Of a stretch of 64,000 nt of DNA, positions 53,597-64,000 are shown in pieces; positions within the stretch are counted from its first letter, which is position 1; every line of letters begins with the position of its first letter. Made by a program: the position numbers and the translations under genes. Below the pieces are notes generated by a model. The model was not told where the DNA came from. It saw only the letters and a list, made by a program, of their open reading frames with translations, and searched no databases. This stretch comes from Octopus vulgaris. Taxonomy: Eukaryota. The stretch covers positions 114,204,001 to 114,268,000 of the forward strand of contig OX597817.1 of assembly GCA_951406725.2 (NCBI GenBank), read 5' to 3'.

Positions 53597-53975
53597 ACTC
53601 TTTTACTTGTTTCAGTCATTTGGCTGTGGCCATGCTGAAGCACCGCCTCTAGTCAAGCAAATTGACCCAGTAAGCCTAGTACTTATTTTATTGGTATCTT
53701 TAGCTGAACTGCTAAGTTATGGGGATGTAAACACACCAGCATCGGCTGTCAAGTGATGTTGGGTGGACAAACACAGACACATAAACATATACACACACAC
53801 ATACATATATACGACGAGCTTCTTTCAGTTTCCGTCTACCAAATCTACTCACAAGGCTTTGGTCGGCCTGAGGCTATAGTAGAAGAAACTTGCCCAAGGT
53901 TCCACGCAGTGGGACTGAACCCGGAACCATGTGGTTGGTAAGCAAGCTACTTACCACTCAGCCACTCCTACGCCT
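53597..53975 (-). mobile_element. Full-length SINE family A nested in a TTAA-type MITE (53447-54054)
   Basis: Same MITE family as at 48275, with a different insertion point. Confidence 0.8.
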
Positions 53976-54089
53976 ATAATGCATGATTAATTCAAAACAA
54001 AGTGAATAAATAAGCATTACTTTCGACAGAATAATCTGAATAATAAAGGGTTAATGTGTACCAAAATGTCAGGTGATAGTTTTGAACTG

Positions 54090-54330
54090 GATGAAGAATT
54101 AAGACTTTTGTCAAAGTATCAGTCATTCTCTAACAGGTTTATGTTTGAACCTGTGGCAGTGGAGATCTCTGGCATTCTCAGCCCACAGACCATATCCCTG
54201 CTCACTGCTGTTGGGGTGGAGATGGCTGTCTGCAAGTGTCAGCCCCATGAGTCTGAGAGGTTGTTCCAGTGCATCTCCCTTGCCAGCCTTTTCCATTTTG
54301 TCTGCCAGCATCATGAGGCAGTCTGAATTA
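54090..54330 (+). pseudogene. RLE-domain C-terminal fragment of a CRE-like non-LTR retrotransposon
   Basis: SKYQSFSNRFMFEPVAVEISGILSP...PHESERLFQCISLA (cf. KY..L...F.P.AVET.G..GP...PRE..FL.QRIS.A). Confidence 0.6.
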
Positions 54331-55819
54331 CAGGAAATTGAGAGAAAGTAAAAATTTCATAGCTTACTACAGGAACAATATCAAAATAATGTCTCTTAGA
54401 TACTTCTGGAATTACATTCATTAAGTCTTACAGGCCATTGTGGGATTTGAACTCAGAATGCAAAAAGCTAAAATAAACTTTGCAAGGCATCCAATCTGAT
54501 GTTCTTACAATCCTGCCAATGCACTATTCTGAAGCTGATTTCCTATGACTGGGATACCTTTCCTGTTGCCAACCTTCCACTATTTTCAAGCAAAGCAATA
54601 CTTTCTTTCAGATTCCATCTCCCTTTGTTTTTATTTCTCATGATATACAAATCATTCCCTGATTAGTAATTTTTCTTTTCCAGCAGGCATAGTTCCATCC
54701 TTCTGGCATTTGCTTAATCTAATAGAGTAGGTTGATTAACACTTTTGATATCAAGCTGCAGGTAATAGTCTCTGGTTTTATAATACAAAACCTCTGATTT
54801 TAGAGTGTTCAAATTTAAATTTCACTCTTCCATTATAATTTTAAGTATAGAAATAAAAAAAAAATCTTTCATGATTTGAACTCCAGCTTAATAATGAAAA
54901 CGTCAGTGATTTTATTAAATTTACCAAATTCTTCATTATTTTCGAAATTAATTGAAACACAAGGACAGTGTTTATTTCATTTGAAATATTGTCATGAAAG
55001 GGTTAAACTATCTGTCAGGCATCTTACTTGAGCTATCTTCTTTGATAGCTATATTCTTGCCTTCAGGGCTGGTGTTGTTATTGTCATTTCTCTTTTTGGT
55101 TTTGGCATCAATATCTTATTGGCATTAATATCTTCATTAGCACCATTGTTATCATGATCATCATCATCACTATTGTCAGAAGATTCATGACAACAACAAC
55201 AAACTTGACCAAAATCACTACCTCCACCATCGCTGCTACCACCACCATCATCGCCATCACCACCATTGCCGCAACCACTACCATTGCCACCACCACCACC
55301 ACTACCACCTTCCTCACCATCACTACTGTTGCGACTATAACTATTGCTGCTCCTGCCACCTGTTGTTTCAATTGTCTCTTTTAGCCAAGGAGAGAGAGAC
55401 CTTTTCTAAACTTGCTAGAAATAGATGCTAAATCTTTCTCAAATTATACACTACTGTATTTAGAAAAGGGAAACATTGTACATGTAATTCAATGTAGTTG
55501 AAGGTACCCTGTATCTAAAAGTAGGATACCCAAGGATGGAACATTCTTGGGTCATTGGTCTCCTCAACCAGAGACAATGTGGGACTAAATAATGATAACA
55601 ATGATCAAAGTGATTTGAAGAATAAACTTCCCTGCACAAGTAGACAAGTGCAGGCATGGCGGTGTGGTTAAGAAGCTTGCTTTGTGACCACATGGTTTTG
55701 GGTTCAGTCCCACTGTGCAGCACCTTGAGCAAGTGTCTTCTACTATAGTGCCAGACAAAACCATACCCAGTGAATATAAATCTATTAGACAGAAGTTGTG
55801 TGGAAGCCCATCATGTATA

Positions 55820-55895
<76 letters not shown>

Positions 55896-55896
<1 letters not shown>

Positions 55897-56749
55897 TGGG
55901 TGCAATGGGTAAATTGTCGCTATTTTATATTTTTTATTTTATGCATGCGCATTGTTTTTTTTTTTATCTTGTCAACTACACAGTATAGTAGGGTCATTTG
56001 GGCAATGTCTGTGAGAAAAACAGCACCATGACACAATTCACTCTGCCAGAAAATTGGAAACAACATGCTGTGCTGCTTGGCATTTGTGCCAGAAGCTCCA
56101 ACACAAACATTTCAAAGTGTTTGGGTGTCAATCTGAAGACAGTGCAACCTGAGGACATGTACCGTAAGTGATAAAAATCAAATATCCAGTCAATATCGTG
56201 GTGTTTGGAGTGATCACTAGTGAGGGCGATATGCCTCCATTCATCTTCTCACACAACCTCAGACTCAACATGGAGGCCTACATCAAGTGCCTGGAGAGGT
56301 AGTGCTGCTCTGGATCAAGAAAGTGGCTGCTGGAAGAACCTATGTCTGGCAACAGGGCTCTGCACCATGCCACACAAGCAGGAGAACCCAGTCATGGCTG
56401 TCAGACAATTTCTGCGACCACACCACCACTAACATCTGGGCACCTAACTGTTCATACTGCAACCCCTCTTGATTATTATATGTGGGGCGCAGTTGAATGA
56501 AAGACCAAAAATTCCTTGTAAAACCAAAGATGATCTTGAAGGCAAGGATTATGGCAGCATTCATCATCTTAAACAAGAAGACTGTCCAGAAGAGTTGCAA
56601 GAGATTCTGAAGTCATTTGGAGGCCATGGTTGAAGCTAATGGCAATATTATTGAATAAATTTTTTCTTAAGTAATTCAAAATATTTTTATGTAATTTTGG
56701 TAAATATATCTGTTAAAATGAGATGTCAGTTTATTCACAGCACTCTGTA
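55896..56749 (+). mobile_element. Degenerate Tc1/mariner-superfamily element (maT/DD37D-like)
   Basis: YVWQQGSAPCHTSRRTQSWL...NIWAPNCSYCNP (cf. QQDSAP.H and WPP.SPD.NP); degenerate TIRs. Confidence 0.8.
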
Positions 56750-56767
56750 TATATACTTATGTATATG

Positions 56768-56805
<38 letters not shown>

Positions 56806-57109
56806 TATATACGTTTAAATATTTGTTGTGCAATATGACCATTCCGAAATATAACAATATATATATATATATATATATGGGCTCAAGCTTGTGTAGTAAG
56901 AAGCTTGCTTCCCAACCACATGGTACCAGGCTCAGTCCCACTGCATGGCACTTTGAACAAGTGTCTTCCACTATAGCCTTGGGCTGACCAAAGCTTTGTG
57001 AGTAGATTTTGTTGACGGAAACTGAAAGAAGCCTATCATGTATATATATATATATACACACACACATATCGAATGAAACTCCGCAGGCTGGAGTTCATCT
57101 AACAACTGA

Positions 57110-57622
57110 TAAATAGGGTCTTAGGCTCAATTCAGATGGCTATGTGTAGCTGCTGAGGACTGTGGCTAAACCCTGGCTGGAGAGAGTTTCTGCTAGAGAA
57201 CCATATGTGTGACAGCAGGATTCAGCTCCTTGCCTTATCCCTGGAAAGTGTCAGCTGTGGTTGTTGGGAAATTTCCACAACTTTGCCAGCTGCAATTTTA
57301 GGCCACCTGGCTCCCCATTTGTAATCCCATGGATTACTATGTGTAGGGTATGGTTGAGAAAGATACCAACTGCATGCAGCACCAATGCAGAGCTGGTGGC
57401 CAAGATGAAGGAGGTGTTTGATGATTTACTCAAGGACACAGTGATGAATGCATGTTCCAGGTTCTGGAGCCATTTTGAGATTTTGGTGGAAGCTGAGGGT
57501 AGCTTCTTTGAATAAACTGTTATCTCTCAGCCATAATCTAGTCGATATATTTTGATTTTTTAAAAATTCTTTTATTTTGGGATGGGATATTGTGCTTTCT
57601 TTTCCTTTTATGCAAACTGTCA
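57110..57622 (+). mobile_element. 3' part of the Tc1/mariner family seen at 60307-61547
   Basis: Shared GGCTCAATTCAGATGG... sequence; NAELVAKMKEVFDDL...NACSRFWSHFEILVEAEGSFFE. Confidence 0.7.
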
Positions 57623-57640
57623 AATTTAGCCTAAACACCC

Positions 57641-57700
<60 letters not shown>

Positions 57701-57927
57701 TGTTATTTCTTTATTGCCCACAAGGGGATAAACATAGAGGGGACAAACAAGTACAGATAAATGGATTAAGTCGATTACATCGACCCCAGTGCGTCACTGG
57801 TACTTAATTTATTGACCCCGAAAGGAGGTAAAGTCGACCATGGCAGAATTTGAACTCAGAACGCAGTGGCAGACGAAATACCAGAAAGCATCTCACCTGG
57901 TGTGCTAACGATTCTGCCAGCTCACCG

Positions 57928-57979
<52 letters not shown>

Positions 57980-58164
57980 TGTGTATGTCTTTGTCCTCCC
58001 CTACATTGCTTGACAACTGCTAATGATTTCTTGATGTCCCTGTAACTTAGCAGTTCAGAAAAAGACTGATATAATTAGATAAAATAAGTACTGAGGTTTA
58101 TTTGTTTATCTAACCCCTTCAGCGCAATGCTACATCATGGCCACAGTCCACTTACTGAATTAAG

Positions 58165-58378
58165 TATGAAGGTGTGCTGAAAAACTCCTGGCTTTAAGGG
58201 TATCACAAACGGCCTGGTTGGGGGCCTAACCTTCTGAGTTCTTTTACAGGACTTTAGAAAAACTGAAGGACTTCTGCAATAAATCTGAGAGGGGAATATG
58301 TCAAATAAAATCATAGTTAACTGATCCTGCTGTATTTTCTTTTACTCAAAGCCAGGAACTTTTCAGCACCCCCTCATA
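58165..58378. mobile_element. Mariner-type MITE
   Basis: TA termini; GTGCTGAAAAACTCCTGGCTTT / AAAGCCAGGAACTTTTCAGCAC TIRs. Confidence 0.75.
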
Positions 58379-59159
58379 AAAGATAGAAGATAGTGAAGCT
58401 ACTGCACGAAATTTGAACTTACCATTTTACAATTTTGCAGTTCAGTTCCATACTCATGCGCTCATTTTGCTTCTCTAGCATCAAGATTATTAGATAATTC
58501 TTTTTCGGAATGGTTTAACCTGAAGAGATAATGCCATGAATAATAGCGGGTACATGTTGGGTAAAAAAAAACCCTTTGGATAGAAAACATGTCAAGACTG
58601 CCTGTGGGATTTGAACCCTCATTTCCTGTAAACATGACAAGAATTTCTCTTTTCAAATGTCATTTAAACAGAAATTTTCTTTTTTTTACTTCCAGATTTT
58701 GAAATGAATTTTGCATTTACAAATATATGCTTCCATCTTCTATCTTGTTAACAATTTTGTGCTTGTCATTCTAGTGCATCCTTTGGGAGGATGGGGTGGG
58801 TGGGGACTTTTAACTATTACCTCTAAATTTGACCATCCCTTCTGTTTCATTATTATTATTATTATTATTGTTATTATTATCAATTTTTTTTTTTATTGAA
58901 ACTATGTTTTCCATTTTCCTTTTCTTCACAACACATTTATCCTCCAAGACATCATCACCTTGAGGAATTTGGTTCTACAAAAACAACAACAACAACAACA
59001 ACAAAAACAACAACAACAACAACAACAACCATTTCATTGAAAGCAAATGGTAATAAATAGTATTTTGCATTGGAAATTCTGCTTGCCTCCTAACTGGACT
59101 TAGACTCACTGACACACATTCATACATTCATGTATGCACACACACACACATACACATGC

Positions 59160-59194
<35 letters not shown>

Positions 59195-59312
59195 AAATAT
59201 CTATTTTAATAAATTTTTTCACTTATTTTTAACAGTAATCATCATCATCATCATTATTTTCTTATTTCATTTTCTTAGTTTACCCTTTTTCCTCTGTGTG
59301 AGTGTGTGTGTA

Positions 59313-59344
<32 letters not shown>

Positions 59345-59679
59345 TGTGTGTTTTCTGGTTTTGTCTCTCTTTTAACACATTGCACACTCCCTTACATTTA
59401 TTTATCAAATAATAATATTGATAACAACAGCAACAGCAATAATAATAATAATAAATGAAGGGTAGGAAAGAAAATAAAGACAAATTAAAAAGTAAAAAAG
59501 AGAACTAGGAATGAGGGAAATGGAAGGTGGATGGCATTGGAGGGGTATATATATGTTTGGTTAGGAGATTGCATCGTCACTGCCAATTCAATTTTTACCA
59601 TTATCTTATATTTTTTGTTTAAATTTTGCATGCTCTCCTCCTCCTCCTCTTCCTCCTCCTCCTCCTCCTCCTCCTCCTC

Positions 59680-59733
<54 letters not shown>

Positions 59734-59751
59734 ATAATAATAATAACGATA

Positions 59752-59786
<35 letters not shown>

Positions 59787-60306
59787 TTGCTCTTTCTTTT
59801 CTTTTCTTTTGAAGCCATGCAAATGACTTGAATGTCATCCATGTTAACACAGCACAGTCCCCCATGTTACATAAGGAAATTTTGATTGCATATTTGTGTG
59901 TATGTGCATGTACATCCGTGTGCATGTGTGTGTATGTGTGTGTGTGTATGTATATGTAATTGTGACTGTGTGTGCATGCATTAATGTATGTATGTGGGAA
60001 AGAAGGAGTTCTGTTTCTATTCTCAATGCACCCGTATCTTATATTGAGTTTGGTTTGTTAGCATTGTTTTGCTTGTATATTTCTGCATTTTTTAAAAACA
60101 TTTTCTCAGGTGTGTACGTGTAAAATGTGTGATGTGGGATGAAGATCTGTGGGGTGATAATTAAGATCTATGTGTGTGTTTAACAACTACAGTATGGTTT
60201 GAGTAAGACTTCTGGTATTTTGTGTGTATGTTTAAGATCTGTGGTATGTTGTGTAAAATCTGTCTTTGGGGCATGTAAGATCTGTTTTTGTGTGTGTTTG
60301 TGTGTG

Positions 60307-61547
60307 TACAGGCTGTTCAAGATAAATCTGACAATTTTTTATGTATCCTTTATTCAGGAATAGCTTGATGTATTGGTGTACAGTCAATGATGTTGGAGAG
60401 CCTAACGATTAAAGTTGTAGTTGAGAAAAAAATTAGCTGACATGGAAGACTGGTGGTGGAAGCACTCCGTCGGTTACGACGATGAGGGTTCCGGTTGAAC
60501 CGATCAACGGAACAGCCTGCTCGTGAAATTAACGTGTAAGTGGCTGAGCACTCCACAGACACGTGTACCCTTAACGTAGTTCTCGGGGATATTCAGCGTG
60601 ACACAGAGAGTGATAAGGCCGGCCCTTTGAAATACAGGTACAACAGAAACAGGAAGTAAGAGTGAGAGAAAGTTGTGGTGAAAGAGTACAGCAGGGATCA
60701 CCACCATCCCTGCCGGAGCCTCGTGGAGCTTTAGGTGTTTTCGCTCAATAAACACTCACAACGCCTGGTCTGGGAATCGAAACCGTGATCCTACGACCGC
60801 GAGTCCGCTGCCCTAACCACTGGGCCATTGCGCCTCCACGACATGGAAGACTAGAAACCATCTGAATATTGGAAAGGAGTTACTTGTATTACAATGATTC
60901 ACCCTGGGTATCAAAATGCTGACATCATGACTGTTGCTCAATGCTTTGTGAACATTGTAAAGGCTGTAAGACATGATATGGACAGCTGTGACAGAGACTA
61001 CAAAGTTGTGTCCAGTAGGAAGGGAACATAGCAGGCATTCTGACAGCATTTTATAGAATTCATCCAACAGCTGCGGGAACAGAGCCTTAGGCTCAATTCA
61101 GATGGTTATGTGCAGCTGCTGGAGACTGCGGTCAAGCCATGGATGGAGAGGGTTACTGCCGGATGGCCATATATGTTGTAGCAGAGTCAGAAATAGTTGT
61201 CAGACAATTTCCACAACTTCACCAGCCCTAATTTCTAGCCTCCTAATTTCCCTGATTATAATTCTATGGATTGCTGTGTGTGGGGTACAATTGAGAAAGA
61301 CACCAACTGCCCTGCATGCATCAAGAAGGTGTTTGAAGGTCTTTATAGGGATGCAGTGAAGAATACATGTACCAAGTTCTGGAGCTGTGTTGAGGCTGTG
61401 GGTAGTTATTTTATGTAAACTCTTATCTCCCAGCCATAAGCTAGTTGATATTTTTTGACTTTTTAAAAATACTTTTATTTCTGGATTGGGTATTGTGTTT
61501 TCCTTTCTTTTTCTGCAAACTGCCAAATTTAGGCCAGACAACCTGTA
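60307..61547 (+). mobile_element. Degenerate Tc1/mariner-superfamily element interrupted by a SINE
   Basis: TA-CAGG...CCTG-TA termini; homology with 14495-15016 and 57110-57622. Confidence 0.7.
60452..60839 (-). mobile_element. Young full-length tRNA-derived SINE with 13-bp TSD
   Basis: TSD GACATGGAAGACT at 60439-60451 and 60840-60852; A box TGGCCCAGTGG, B box GGTTTCGATTCC; CpGs retained. Confidence 0.9.
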
Positions 61548-61587
61548 TATTGTAAGATCTGTCATGTATGTGTTTATGATCATGTGT

Positions 61588-61677
<90 letters not shown>

Positions 61678-61984
61678 AGTAGGTCGCTGGTGTGTTTATG
61701 TAAGACCTATAGTGTGGTATTGTGTGTTTTAGTTCTGTGTTGTATATGAATCCAAGATCTGCAGTTGTGTATAAAATCTGTGATGTTTGTGTAAGGTCTG
61801 TGTTGTGTAACTTCAATGGTGTGTTTGTGAGAGAGACAGAGATAGTTAGATAGATAGATAGATAGTGAGAGGGAGAGAGAGAGAAAAAAACTGTGGTGTG
61901 TATATTGCTTGTGCGTGTGAAGTTTGTGGTGTGCAGCGTGTATGTTCTGCAGTCTGTGGGTGATAAAACTATCTTTTCCTATCA

Positions 61985-62007
61985 TACATAGATATATTCA
62001 CAGACAT

Positions 62008-62045
<38 letters not shown>

Positions 62046-63410
62046 CACACACACACACACTACACACACACACAAGTGCACATACACATGCACACATGCT
62101 ATTGAACTTACAAATGCCACACACCACTAATCTTGCACTCACACACAGAGATTTTACATCTTACACATACAACCATAGATCTTACACCTTCCTACAGATT
62201 TCAGACATGTATATACCATAGAACTTAAGGATACCATACCAGACCACAGAGCTTACTGTACATAAACACAGCACAAATTTTACAGACATAAACTACAAAC
62301 CTTACACACACACACATACAAGTTGTTGCACACACACCATAGACCTCACATGAACACACTGTCAATCTTACTCATACAAACCTACCATAGATTTACATAC
62401 ACATATACACACTGTAATGTACGCACTCAATAGATCATGCATACACATATACATACACAATAAGTCTCACATACACATGCACTAGCTCTTAAGTACACAT
62501 AAATAAATTTTACATGTACACACACACACTCACATGCCTACACACACAACAGGTCTCACATACTCACAATAGATCTCACATACACTCACACAATAAATAT
62601 CACATACACACACAGTAGATTTCACATATGCACATTCATAAAAATCTCACATGCATACATGTTAGATCTCACACACATACATGCACACTCACAGAAGATT
62701 TTACACACGCATATATCCACAGTAGACTTTACACACACATATACTGTATGTGCACATATACACAGAACTCACATATGCACACATAATACATCTCACATAT
62801 ATACGCATTAGATCTCATATACATCCATATGCATACACAGTAGATTCTACACACACATACATCCACAATAGATTTTACACACACATACTCACATACACAC
62901 ACTAGTTCTTACATATGCACATACACACAAATCTCACATACACATACACAATAGATCTCACACATGTACACACATGTTAGATCTCACACACATACATGCA
63001 CACCCACAGTAGATTTTAGACATATCCACAATAGACCTTACATACACACACACAACTGACATACATATACATGTACAATAGCTCTTACGTATACATACAT
63101 CTCACATACACACGTTTGATCTTACACACATACATGTACATGCATGGTAGACTCTACATGCACATACATCCACAATAGACATGTACACATAATAGCTCTT
63201 ACATATGTATATATACACAAATCTTACATACACATATATGCATTAAATCTCACACATGTTTGCACATATGCAGTAGATTCCACACACATATACATCCACA
63301 ATAGACCTTACACACCCACATGCGCACATACAATAGATCTTACACTAAGCCCTCCACAACAGATCATACACACACAAACACATACACAGTTAGCACCACA
63401 TATATAACCG
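61985..63410 (+). repeat. Degenerate CA-rich minisatellite punctuated by TAGATCT(C/T)ACA-like motifs
   Basis: The motif recurs irregularly every ~20-60 bp. Confidence 0.75.
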
Positions 63411-63788
63411 TGAAGACTCTACCATAGGTTTCATATGCTACTAAACTTTGTAGTACAGTGTGTCTGAGATCTGTAGTATGTTCTGTGTTTATTTCCACTA
63501 AGTGTTTTACTTATGGTTTTATTTGAAATCATTGTCTTATTGTTGCCATCAATTCTTTATTTCGGTGGTAGGTTGAAGGGTTATTTGTGTGTGTATGTGT
63601 GTGTGTTCTTATATATATATGAAATTTTGTGATTTTTTTCCTTTTGTTTTTGCTGACTCCTTCTTTAACCTTAATTTTTGTTGCTTTGTTGCTGTTAGTG
63701 TCAGATTGTTCCTTCTCATATATATATGTGCATCAGCATGGCTGCAGCTCTGAGCTGAAACAAGAAAAAAAATATATATATATACATA

Positions 63789-63839
<51 letters not shown>

Positions 63840-64000
63840 TGAGAAAATGTTTAAAAAAACTAAAAGAAACTGACAAGAAGAAGAAGATGAAGGAAAAATG
63901 AAAGATGTGGATGTAGCAGATAAGTTAAGAAAAAAGAATAACAACTATAATGATGTTGATGATGATGAAGATGACAAGAATAAAGAAAAGATAAAGAACA

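Overview
Eukaryotic, AT-rich, extremely microsatellite-dense DNA with no recognisable host protein-coding exon. The repeat complement suggests an octopus or other coleoid cephalopod (inference). Almost all ORFs in the supplied track are translations of (TA)n/(CA)n/(GA)n/(TATC)n tracts. Real content: one 5'-truncated CR1-group LINE with an open RT frame (5627-7021); fossil fragments of HERO-like, R4/Dong-like, CRE-like and RTE non-LTR elements; Tc1/mariner, hAT and TTAA-type MITEs; several tRNA-derived SINE families; and two ~2.2-2.4 kb tandem arrays of a ~335-bp unit that end in a SINE tail. The most striking signal is a set of Penelope-like element (PLE) terminal repeats from several unrelated families. 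They sit inside (TA)n tracts, are often arranged as fold-back inverted repeats, and carry type I hammerhead ribozyme motifs with family-specific palindromic stem III sequences. The clearest cases are at 24386-24693, 24825-24880, 42660-44434 and 12201-12242. All family assignments come from reading motifs by eye, not from database searches.
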